DNA of 64,000 nt from Lepidodermella squamata (lineage: Eukaryota > Animalia > Gastrotricha): positions 2,604,001 through 2,668,000 of the forward strand of contig JBLDXI010000033.1 of the NCBI GenBank assembly GCA_047495785.1, read 5' to 3'. The notes under the pieces are model-generated. The model was given only the letters and a program-made list of their open reading frames with translations, made no database searches and was not told where the DNA came from. The first letter of the stretch is position 1; each line of letters starts with the position of its first letter. Both the position numbers and the translations under genes were made by a program. Below, one piece after another: positions 38,449 through 49,991 of this stretch.

Positions 38449-40151
38449 ATGCTGAAGCAAACTTGTTGGACCGTAATTATGGCAATAGCCTTGCTCGGGC
38501 TTGAAACAAGTGGTTGCAGAAAAATAAAAAATATCATCGATGGAGGTTAGTTTGACCCCCCTTTTCTCACAGGTTTCAATATTATACTTTCAGTTGGTAA
38601 AGTTGGTAGTAAATTGTTGTCATTTTCGGCAAGTAGTAGTAGAGCTGTAGTGTCATCGGTTTCCAGTAGTAGAGCTTTTGCGTCATCGGTTTCCAGTAGT
38701 AGAGCTATAGTGACATCGGTTTCCAAGTCCAGATCACTTATTCCGCCTACATATTCCGCGAGATATTCCGCGAGTGTCGTTCGAACGAGTTACGGTCTCA
38801 ATGTTTTGCCGTATCGATCGTTGACGGGATACCCGGTGACAAGGTTTTCCTCGCCAGTGATTTATCGCCCGATTTATTACGGCTATCATCCAGTCATCTT
38901 TACCCCTATGCCACATTGGCATGACCACCATTATTACCATTACCATGATGGTTACTACTATCGCAGCTCCAAACAAAATGTTAAAGCTGGAAGTTCACCC
39001 CAAGTTCGATTCAACGAAGACTCGACGAAGATTCGTATGTTTACTCCAAAATAAAGCCTGTGGAAACAATCAAGATATTCCCTTGCAGGCGTCATCTTTT
39101 CAAACTTGGCCGATCACTGTTCGAAAAAACGGGAGTATGGAATAGATGGGAAGGAGGAATATCTCATCACTAGACTTGCGCCTTATTTGAGTAACGATGG
39201 AAATAGCAGCAGCGCCAATACAACTTTAAATGCAACTTTATCGTCGCCTGCGAGAGTTTCAAACTGCTTGTTCACTATCGCTGGTCCGACGGGATCTTTG
39301 ATCCATGTCTTCGCCAACAGCACGGGCTATCGCCAGTGGCCGAAAGGGTGCTCAATCAAAATAAGGGATGCCAGCAACCAGTATATGATGGTAAATAATT
39401 GAAATTATTTCCGATTTTTAATATGTTTAATTAAGCGCCTTTTGACCAAATGCATCGTAACTTACGCAACCTGCAGCAGGATTTAAATGAATGCAGCGCG
39501 ATTAAAGAAGTAAAATACTTCCGCTTAGATTGTCACCACAGGCCAATCCTACATAACTAGAATCCAGTGTTCGTCAGCCGTGAACCCAGCCATAGGCTCG
39601 GGCCGTATCAACATCATCGGGAAACATGTTAAGATCGTTTCAAGATGTTTTTTATGGGGAGAAAATTAAGGTGGGTAAATAACTGTGCTTTCAAGGTAAC
39701 ATTTCGGCTGCCAAAATATATACTTCAGGCTGCGCGAGTGTGATTAAGGGTACAAAGTAACCATTTGGGCTGCACACGTTGAAATTGGGCGCGGGATTAA
39801 GAATTGTGCTGCGCGCGCGTGCTGCAGGTTGCAAAATTGGGCGACGGACTTCGGTGCGCCTTGAATTTATTGCCGATTTTATGCATTTTTAATGTTTTTT
39901 ATTAGCTCCATATCTATGACGGCATGAGTGACTTCTCAATCTCCAAGGAAGCCTACTCAATTACAAATCGAGCAGTATTCGAGTTTACTTCATGCCCGCA
40001 AAATGAAACGAACCCGAATTACGCAATCGGTGTTGAGTACGCTGTGGAGGTCGGTGACAGCTCATCCGGCTTCTCTACTTTACATTCCGCGAATATCTTG
40101 CTCGGTATGATGACTGCAATTGTTGCTGTAAAACTAAAATATACTGACTAA
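38449..40151 (+). CDS. Secreted low-complexity + CUB-like protein, paralog A (exons 38449-38545, 38594-39034, 39089-39390, 39906-40151)
   Basis: Signal peptide MLKQTCWTVIMAIALLGLETSGC, Ser/Arg repeats, Tyr/His/Pro-rich tract, Cys-containing domain and hydrophobic C-terminus. Intron phases 1,1,0 are shared with paralogs B-D. Confidence 0.8.
38635..38730 (+). repeat. Coding 30-nt tandem repeat x3 (SSRAVVSSVS/SSRAFASSVS/SSRAIVTSVS)
   Basis: agtagtagagct...tcatcggtttcc units are directly visible; the repeat is absent from paralog B. Confidence 0.75.
39420..39860. mobile_element. Insertion in intron 3 of paralog A (MITE-like)
   Basis: This intron is 515 nt versus 55 nt in paralog B. It holds a perfect 13-bp inverted repeat gcaacctgcagca (39466) / tgctgcaggttgc (39820), and the insertion is flanked by an imperfect ~20-nt direct repeat (ttgaaattatttccgatttt / ttgaatttattgccgatttt). 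Confidence 0.45.
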
Positions 40152-40159
40152 AATGTAAC

Positions 40160-40760
40160 GTATGCGTAACTTTTTTTTGCCTCGCATTTTTACAATATCT
40201 TCATAACCATGGGGAATTTTTTAAAGCGGATTTCGTCAGTTGATAGATCTAGTCTGTGGTAAACTTTCCTCACTATTCGAAAATAATAGCACTCAAACGG
40301 CACAACGGCGCCGGGCTACGGCTACTGCTATTTCAGTGCTACGTAGTATTATTGGGTAGCACTACGATGCTACGGCCAGCTTAAAAGATTTTTAAAAACA
40401 TAAAAACCGGCATAGGATATTCACGAATTTTCGTAGACTATTTCTATAAAAAGGGAAGCTATCTGAAAACAAATAAAAACCGAAATACACAGTCGGGATA
40501 ACATTTTCAAGAATTCGGCATGTTACCAGCTGAATATCATACGCCACATCGGATGCAGAAATGCCATTTTCAAAAATGAGGATTTTTAACAGAAGTCGCG
40601 GACAGCATTTTTGTCATAATCAATTTTTTCTCTTGAACCCTATTATAACGAAAACTTGAGTAAAGTTTACCCCAGACTAGATCTATCGACTGGCGAAAAC
40701 CGCACTAAAAAATTCCTCATTGTCATGAACTTAGTGATGCAAAACAAATATTACGCATAC
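40160..40760. mobile_element. Non-autonomous DNA transposon (MITE) with long imperfect terminal inverted repeats
   Basis: ~60-bp arm at 40209-40267 (...gatagatctagtctgtggtaaacttt) is the reverse complement of 40662-40721; outer ends are gtatgcgtaa / ttacgcatac. The element is absent from the homologous 3' flank of paralog B. Confidence 0.7.
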
Positions 40761-40920
40761 TTTAATACTTTCCCGTTTCGAATCTTCTTTCCCTTGAAGG
40801 GAACTACCTAATACACTCCTTCAATAGTTGAGTTGAACAAAAGAATAAATTAAAAATTTGGCTTTTTTACGTCAACTAAAACTCTTAACCATTCAAAAAG
40901 GCTTTGTTTCGGGTTCCGGG

Positions 40921-41030
40921 ACCGCGCTTTTGCTACCTTACAACAGAGCTACCGACCGACAAATTAGTCCAATGATCATTACTACTTTTCACGGAGTTAT
41001 TACGACACTATACTATACGCCGAACACAAC
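40921..41030 (+). pseudogene. Relic of paralog C exon 2
   Basis: cagagctaccgaccg...gatcattactacttttcacgg...ctatacgccgaacacaac matches 43520-43628 with indels, and follows a copy (40800-40915) of the spacer at 42910-43025. Confidence 0.75.
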
Positions 41031-41634
41031 AGAACAGGTACTGCATGACCATGGCCAATTGACCAACAATCTTTCAAACACTCTTTTGATGCTCTACGTC
41101 TTGCCTTTTGACGCTGCACCCGAAAGGAAACGTATATAAAGGAGCCAGTAAGATTTTCTTTTATCGACTTCTGCTTGTGATGCTGATTTATGGGCCGTTA
41201 ATGCAGCCAGCAACATGTGGGCTTCAAGTTTAGTAACGTAATGGACCATTTCAATTCTATCGCCAATTTCCGATTATTTTATATCCGATTAACTGTTTGA
41301 CTCTTCCGGTGTTTATTACGTTTTTACTTTGAATACAAATGGGACGGATTGGGAAGCATTTAGAAGCGTTTTTTATTTGGCAGGCTCTGGACTTCGGACT
41401 TTAGCTACTGGTTCTGGCTTTAGCCGCGAAACATTGTGATTTGCTGAAGATACAGCACGTGGGACCATCCTTATTAAATTCAACGATCGTAGAAAAAAAT
41501 ATGACAACGCTGGTTTCCTGACGCAAAAAAACCAGGCTATTGCAACACGTGCCTTTTCGCCGTGCTATATAATATTGAAGTTTGATCGCTAACAGAAATA
41601 ATTTGTTGAGTTCTGTTATCATATGCTTGGGAAA

Positions 41635-42875
41635 ATGCTGAAGCAAACTTTTTGGGTCGTAATTATAGCGATATTAGCCTTGTTAGGCGTTGGAATAATC
41701 GATTGCAAAAAAGTCAAAATCAATATTGGTGTAGGTGAAGGTTAATTTGATTCCCTTTTTCTCACTTGTTTCAATATACAACTTTTCAGGTGGCAAATCG
41801 GCGCCTTCGTCCTCGATAAGTAGCAGTAGCAAAGGTATATCAGTTTCATTTTCCAGGTCCAGATTTGGTACCTATTCCCCGAGTGTCGTCCGAACTACGA
41901 GTTACGGCCGCCCAGTTGTGCCGTATCGATCGTTGACAGGATCGGTTCCAAGGTTTTTCTCGCCAGTGATTTATCGCCCGATTTATTACGGCTATCATCC
42001 AGTCATCTTTACTCCTCTGCCACATTGGCATGACCACCATTATTACTATTACCATGATGGTTACTACTATCGCAGCTCCAACCAAACTGTTAAAGCTGGA
42101 AGTTCAACCCAAGTTCGATTAGACGAAGATTCGACGAAGATTCGCAAGTTTAATCCAAAATAATGCAGTTTGGTGCTATTAAGATATTCCTTTGCAGGCG
42201 TCATCTTTTCAAACTTGGCCGATCACTGTTCAAAGAAAAAAGAGTACGGCATTGATGGGACGGAGGAATATCTTATCACAAGACTTGCGCCTTTGAGCAA
42301 TGATGGAAAAAGCAGCGCCAATACAACTGCAAACGCAACTACAACAACTGCAAACGCAACTACAACAATTGCAAATGCAGCTACAACAACTGCAAATGCA
42401 ACTACAACAATTGCTAATACAACAAAAATGCCTGCGAGAGTTTCAAACTGCACTTTTACAATCGTTGGTCCGAAGGAGTCTTTGCTCCATATCTACGCCA
42501 ACAGCACGGCCTATCGCCAGTGGCCGAAAGGGTGCTCAATCAAAATAAGAGACGCCAGCAACCAGTATTTGATGGTAAAAAAATAGAAGTTTTCGTCGAT
42601 TTATGCATTTTTTATTTTTTTGTTAATAGCTCCATATCTATGACGGCATGAGTGACTTCTCAAACTCCAAGGAAGCCTACTCAGTTACAAATCGAGCAGT
42701 ATTCGAGTTTATTTCATGCCCGAAAATTAAAACGAACCTGAACTACGCAATCGGTGTTGAGGTCGCTGTGGATCTCAGTGTGAGCTCATCCGGGTTCTCT
42801 ATTTTACATTGCGCGAATATCTTGCTCGGTATTACAACTGCAATTATTGCTACAAACATCAAATATATTGACTAA
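41635..42875 (+). CDS. Secreted low-complexity + CUB-like protein, paralog B (exons 41635-41734, 41790-42143, 42198-42574, 42630-42875)
   Basis: Recent duplicate of A (shared HWHDHHYY.YHDGYYY and IFSNLADHC); signal peptide ends IDC-KK; GC-AG intron 2; ANATTTT repeat. Confidence 0.8.
42317..42424 (+). repeat. Coding 21-nt tandem repeat (ANATTTT/ANATTTI), mucin-like with N-glycosylation sequons
   Basis: About five gcaaacgcaactacaacaact-type units. Confidence 0.8.
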
Positions 42876-43157
42876 AATGCGATTAAAATCGTCTTATTCT
42901 TGAATGAAAGGAACTACCTAATACACTCCTTCAATAGTTGAAATGTAATATGTGAAATGTAATAAAAAGTTGGCTTTTACGTCAACTAAAATTCTCAATC
43001 ATTCAAAAAGGCTTTGTTTCGGGTTTTAGGCCTGATTCATTTGATAGGAGTTCAGCACACTCAGTTGGCATGCCACAGCTATGACTCACCCAAGCCATGT
43101 ATAAGATCGCTCGCCGAAGTAGGCGACACAGTTTGAATCTCAAGAATAGAGAGTAAT

Positions 43158-44349
43158 ATGCATTTATTCACCTTTTTGGCAATATTGGGGGTATCTCTGG
43201 CCAAGTCTCTCGGTCAATACAACATCAATAATAATTACGGGAATAATCAAGGTAATTATTTGAGTGATAAATTACTTTATGATTGAAACATTCCTAATTT
43301 TTATGAAGCTGGAGGCAATTATTATGGAAATAATGGCAATCAGCCAGATAACGGACCAAATTTGAGAGGACCTCCCGTTTTTTCGGATGGCCGTATCACT
43401 TATCCTTCTTACGCAACTAGAAGGACTGCGTATGGTCGACTTGTTGTCCCATATCGCGCTGTTCAGCCTTCAGGATTCGCAACGTCTCTACCGCAACTGT
43501 CTTCTGTAGTTAATAACAGACCACGATTACTACCGTACAACACCATGCAGAGCTACCGACCGTCAAATTACGCCAACGATCATTACTACTTTTCACGGGG
43601 ATATTACTACTATACGCCGAACACAACCCCTGCTTACCCAGATGCAACGCCTTCGATACTGAATCCACCCCCAACTCGTAAATTAAAAAAAAACTCGAGT
43701 AGCAAGATGTTTTGATTTCTCCATTATCTAGGTATGATTTTCGCCAACTGGGCAGAACAATGTGTGAAGCATATGCAATACGGAATTGACGGGCGAGACG
43801 AGTATGTCGTGACCAATCTGCAAGTTCGAAGCAGCTACGTTCCATTGCAAGATCGCATAACACTGTCATCGTCGTGCAGCTTCAGCATCGTTGGTCCAAC
43901 CGATGCCTTGCTTCGTATTGTTTTCAACACGACGAATTGCCGGCAGAAATGGCCAGCCTATTGCCGAATTGTGGTCCGAGAAATGGGCGATGATGGCCGT
44001 GCCAGTGACTACTACGACAGTAACTTGCCATCACAGCAATTGGTAATTGTGTTGATAGCAAAAAGTTGCACTTTTCATGACGCTTTATTAATTTTAGTTG
44101 GTGATCGACGGGGGATCAGTAAATTCAATGCCTCAAGGATCCGATGGGTTGTGTTCAAAGGAAGTATTTTCGGTCAGCAACAAAATTGGCATCGATTTCA
44201 CATCCTGTTCGGTCGAATCGAACGATTACACTCTGGGCGTCGAAGTAGCAATCGCGGTTGATGGCGCAGGATTTTCCATGCTTTCTGCGCCTGGCGGCTT
44301 TTACTGGCTATCTATGTTGTTGCTTCTTGCTCATCTCTATTTCCTCTGA
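43158..44349 (+). CDS. Secreted low-complexity + CUB-like protein, paralog C (exons 43158-43251, 43309-43677, 43732-44042, 44098-44349)
   Basis: Signal peptide MHLFTFLAILGVSLA; N/G/Y/Q-rich N-terminus; YGRLVVPYR; IFANWAEQC...YGIDGRDEY; six Cys; hydrophobic tail. Confidence 0.8.
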
Positions 44350-46470
44350 AAGCCTTAATATTTTCTGCCGAATTTTATTCTAATTAGTAAAAAAGGGATT
44401 GATGAAATTGAAGTTTCAAACCATGAACGATGAATGAGACAATGGATTCGAAATCGCATAGAACAAATATCTTGCTTCGTGCGATAATTTCCCTAATGTC
44501 ATACGTCATAGGATTATATTCTCGCTGGAATTCAGTTCAGCTGTTTTCATTAGTGGGAGGATGAAAGGATAGTGTTCATCGAATCCCAATGAGTAATCTT
44601 ATTTAATTGCTACTCCAAAAACTAGTTGTTGGGTTGATCGATGTTGTAATATCTAACAAAAATGTCAATATTACAAGCCGAATGCCGAATGAACTGCAGT
44701 TTGTAGCTTAATGCAATCCAGACGGCGCCAACATCACCTCCTAACAGGGTATAAATTATTGGCCAAAGAATATGCAAAGATTGCTTATCACGTGCCTTCA
44801 CTCATGACTCATGGATATGCCTTGTCATAAAAAGGAGAGCCTGTAGAATATGGCTACACAGGTACGCCATTCGCGAAACTAACGCTCAGGATTAATAGTT
44901 ACGATTCAAATCTAATAATAATAATATGAATGAAGAGGTACCTGCCTATGATTAAATCCACATCTACTATTTTTTACAGCGCGTAATTATTTATACAGAA
45001 TGCACTCTTTGCTGAAACTCAATATCACGTATATTGCATGTGCCGTACAAACCTTACTTATTTTGCTGCACCAGCTTCTCTTTTGTAAGATAACCTGTCT
45101 TCGTTATATTGATATGTGGCGCGAATGAAGAAATGCTTAATAGCAAGATTGTGCCTCGCTTTAATTACAGACTCTTACACTAAAACAAAAGTAATGCCAG
45201 AAGTTGAAACAGCAGCCAATGGGGGATCTCAATAATTCGAAATTCGTAGCTCATTTACCCCATTTTAAGTCTGCTTAGATTCAAAGCATGAGCGAAAGCT
45301 ATACAAACCTGGCGCGGTTATACAGGATCAGCCCACAAATGGCGCCGAATTAAACTTCATTTCTTTTCATCAACTTAATTTTACGAAATCGCCAGAAATG
45401 GCGTGATTTCCTTTGGAACATTCTAATCGAAGTCTAACAACTGAATCAACAAAACTAATTCCTAGCATGACGTGTTGCCTGGATTCGCGCATTCTGGCAT
45501 TCAGCGCGCATATGCTCGCCCCGATCACAGCAGCGCGGACCTTTATATCGGCTATGTTTCATATATAGCGCGCTATAATATTCCTCCTACAGCGAATATA
45601 TCAACGCAGCGGCCTTTTCAGCTGAATGCGCCCTGATGTGTGTGCTGCGATATCGATTTTGAGAAGCGATATAAAAAATATTCGCATAATATAGCACATA
45701 CACAAAGCATTTACGAAATGTTGTTATTATAGCGCACACACTCGCACACTGAGATGCACAGTTGTCACTGCAAAAAATATCAGAAAAATGATTACACTAT
45801 GGTAGTTTTCGCGTCATTCTTTCGCTACTAAACATCGCTGTTTTCACTGTTTACCTTTACCGATACAGCGGCTTTGGGATGTAATTATATTGCTTATAGT
45901 TTGCTGAAGAAGCATCGTTTGCTTCGCTGTTTTTTACCAAACTAACTATCTAGTATGTTTTGTTAATAGTTTTACTTTCTAACTCTTTCTTCTTGTTTGG
46001 GAAATAATTTTATCATGAAATTGAAATCGATACTGAATTATGAGTCATGCAAATCACGAAATTCTCTCCTTCATTATTCATGCGTGGGCAGTAGAGCGAG
46101 AGAGTAATTTTATGCGGAGGGCGAACTCATCGGCTTTCTTTATAAGGGTATAGCTGGCCAAGAAATCAGCACGCTTTATTAATCACTTATACACCAGCAA
46201 TAAATAGTACCTATTAGGTATGTGGGTGAAAACAGCGTTTGCCTCCCGTTGTGCCGACCGCACAATCAAAACACACCGTTGATATCGTTATAGCAATGTT
46301 GTTGAACCTCATCCACAGCTATATATCGCGCCTACTAGTGCCGAATCGAAGCGATAAAATAACAGCACGCGGATCTTGCTCGCCCCAAGCGCCAAACGCG
46401 TCTAATCGTTGTTTGCCTTTCAATTATTACAACATTGCTTGATTCCATCTTCTATTCTTCCGCTATAGAA

Positions 46471-47959
46471 ATGGTCTTGAATGAGTTTGTCTATTTAACC
46501 AAACGGAAATCGAGCTTATGTTTCGTGTTATTGCTATGTCTTTTGTCATTGGATTCAATCGACGCGAAACGAGGCGGAGGAGGTGGAAGTAGAGGAGGTT
46601 TGTTCGCATTTCGCGATCAGTTTTGTCATATTTTTTATATTCTGTTTATCAGGAAGCAGTGGAGGAAGTAGGGGAGGTAGCAGTGGGGGAAGCAGGGGCA
46701 GCAGCAGTAGCAGCAGTGGAGGAAAATCAAGCTCAGGAGGAGGCTGGTTCGGCAGTAGTAGCTCAGACAGCGGTGGCAGCTCATCATCCGGGGGTAGCAA
46801 CTGGTTCAGCAGCAAATCATCCGGCAGTTCGACAGGCTCGAAATCTGGTGGATGGTCAATTTTCGGTACGAAATCAGGCACAAAGACCTCGACCGGCAGC
46901 GTATTTACGCCAACCAATCGATACACGTACCAGAGCCCGGTGCGAGTGACTAATTACGGACGACCTGCTGTTCCTTATCGAGCCATCCGACCGGCTTACG
47001 GCTCCACCTACGTAGTGCCTGTCATATACTCACCCGTTCGATATCGACCCGTTTTCTTGCCTTCCTATTATTACTACTGGCCTTCGATGTACCACCGCCA
47101 CCATTACTATGGCTACTACCGTCGACGATACTACGACAGGAATCGCTACTCAACTGAGAGACCAGGCGAAACTCCCGCACCTTCGGAAGATGATCCACCT
47201 ATGCGTAAGTTGACATTGAGGAATACTAATTTTCGATAATTTCGTTGAAATATTTCAGAGGCAATTTTTGCGAATCTCGCCGACCACTGCGCTATTCCCG
47301 AATACGGGATAGATGGACAAGAAGAATATTTCATTTCAGCCCTTGCTCCTAATGCATCTGCCGCCCCGACAGATGGAGGGTTCGACAGCTCTGTAGGCGG
47401 ATCGACGACCCCGCCTTCATCATCCCCTCCTCCACCCATTCAGTTTACCCCGAGTTGTAACTTCGATATCGCTGGACCCGATACTTCGGTACTTAAGATA
47501 ACCTTCAACAGCACAAAATGCTTCACAACTTGGCCAGTGGAATGTGAAATCAGTATTTCTGACGTTATGCCAAACGATTCTTTTGATGATGATGACTCCT
47601 TCGATCCATACCTGGTAAAATATTTTCCGCGATTTTTATTCATTTTCTATTAATTATCGTTGATTTAGCTGAGACTTGATGCCAAATCAGACCTGGCTGC
47701 GTTGGCAAATGGAACTGACATTTGTTCGAAAGAGATCTATTCGAGGTTCAACAAGATCTCAGTCAACATAGCCCATTGCTCTGGCAACCTTGACACCTTC
47801 GACTACGCGATCGGCGTTGAGGTCGCCGTGCTAGTCGACGAAGGTGGCTTTTCAATTTACCGACCTCCGCTGAGCTTTAGCCGCTTATTTGTCATCTTCG
47901 TTTTAATTTCAATGGTCGCTAATTCCAACTTTCCGACGTTCACCTACAAAACGTCTTAG
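46471..47959 (+). CDS. Secreted low-complexity + CUB-like protein, paralog D (exons 46471-46597, 46653-47204, 47259-47614, 47669-47959)
   Basis: Signal peptide followed by KRGGGGGSRGG, a Gly/Ser tract with GGWF repeats, a Tyr/Arg/His tract, IFANLADHC...YGIDGQEEY, six Cys and a hydrophobic C-terminus. Confidence 0.8.
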
Positions 47960-48445
47960 CGCAGTTTAGTTTCAAGCAATTTTAAAAGTCGAAGCTGCGA
48001 ACTGTGATTAAAACCAACTAATAGTACAAAAATGATTAAGATTACGAACTTTCTTGGCTTATTCTAACCGCTGTCAGTTGCCCCGTTTTCTGAAGTCGTG
48101 TCTGCTCATTTCCGGCGAGAGGCCGCGCCTTCGACACAACATGTATATATATGCAAGTGCGACGACATCCGCATCATGACCACACGTTATGATGTAACAC
48201 GAGCGCCTGATATCGCTCACGCTCTGCCCGGTTTATTCTCTCTGAAAATTTCCTCAGCTTGATCTATTATTATTTGTTGTAGTTTCAAAAGTTTGAATTT
48301 GGAATTTTTATGAATAAAAATATGAGAAATTGTACGACTCTATTGAATATCAGATTCACCAGGCGCAAAGAAATTTCATAAATCGTTGTCGCTGGTTTTC
48401 ATCACTTCGCGATTACTGTTGGACGAGTCATTATTCGCATAATTT

Positions 48446-48803
48446 AGTAGAGCATCCAGCCCTAAATTCGGCCACTTTTTGGGTATTTCCTACGTTGCCA
48501 GCCAGTTGAAATGTTAGAAAATATTCGGCAAATCTAGAATTATAGAGGTGAGTTCTTGGGCTATTGAATACCGGTTTTCGCAAGTCAGGAAGATTTTACC
48601 TTGATTCATGGCTAATTTTATAGTCGCCCAGGCTCCTGGACGGAATTAGAGAAACGGGTGCCCTAATTTCGGCCACCTCATCTAGTTACACTAATACCTT
48701 AAATTTGCTACCGTTATATTCGTCTCGTCAAGCTTATAGTGTGAAAATCACCGGTGGCCCAAGTTAAGTCGAATCGGCCGAAATTAGGGATCTCTGCTCT
48801 ACT
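48446..48803. mobile_element. MITE-like element with ~28-bp terminal inverted repeats
   Basis: Left end agtagagcatccagccctaaattcggcc vs right end ggccgaaattagggatctctgctctact; an internal third copy ccctaatttcggccac at 48661. No target-site duplication recognised. Confidence 0.55.
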
Positions 48804-49991
48804 CACACCCATAGAAAGCTCCTAGGCAAATTTCGTCCATTTCCAGAATACCATTACGCGCGGTATCAGTTCCCAGTTAAACTTCCTTAATAATTATTAT
48901 GATATCAGCTATCACTTCATGTAACGTTCATTTCGCGATTTTCGCGCCTGGGTTTATCAGGGTGTAAAACGAGGAAACGGGTAGGTAAAAACATTCACAA
49001 GTTTATTCAAACTCTTGCAAAAAATCGTTTTCGTACGACGCTGTTAGCTGACTTCGTGAAACATTTCATATCATTTCCGGATAACTTTGATAGCTAAGAA
49101 AATTAAATAAGCAAATAGTAAGAAGTGAAGGCCCCTGGATACTGACCATCGACGTAGCACGTTCGAAAATGGTTCGCATAAAAAGCAGCATCGTGAGTAA
49201 GTCTTGCAGTTATCGACAGACGACAAACAAAAGAACAATCCAGCTCAACTTCGGCCGATGCACACATAAGTTAGTTAACAAGTTTAATTTCTCATCATAT
49301 TCAAGCACAGTAGAGACCTACAGGTTTGCGTCGATAAAGTGTTAGGAGATGAATGCTCAGTTGAACACACACACAAGTAGAAATTGCATGCACGAAGGAA
49401 AATGCGTATAAATGGGTAGTAGCACCACGAATGTACGAATATAAACGACGAGAAATGTATCATGATGTGGTATTTTCGGTGTTGTGCACATTTCAATGAA
49501 CGCTTGAATAGCCGCAGCAGTGACGGGTGCACCAGAAAGCCTAGTAATCGATGTAATTTTTTGTTGGATGAAGAAGGCACAACTTCTGTTGAAGGAAATT
49601 TCCAAGAGAGGTAAAGTCGTTCGTCACAATCCAAAAGCTATTCAGAATAGGAAAATGAATGATAGGTATAGACGTTGAAGACACGCGCCGGAACAGACGC
49701 CAGCGGATGAGCAATCAATTTGTTCACTCTAATCAAACAGAATTACAGCGTAATATATATCAAGCTAGGGGCAACAAGAGGTTTTCTCAAAGGCAATTTC
49801 GTTGATTAGTTTTAATTGCATTGACTGTGTAAAATTGTTCAAGATCTTCTATAAATAAACTAAGGGCTCCGGGTAATAAGGAGCAGGCACGCAACAAACA
49901 CTGAGAAATCATTCGAATTACCACTGCGGACGACGGTAATGCAGGAATAAGAAAGCGTTAAAAAATACAAACAGCCACAATTGATCGAAAG

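Noticed and set aside
38449-47959. True homology of the tandem family to vertebrate PrP/Shadoo
   Set aside because: No AGAAAAGA-type hydrophobic core or helical PrP domain is present; the similarity is architectural only.
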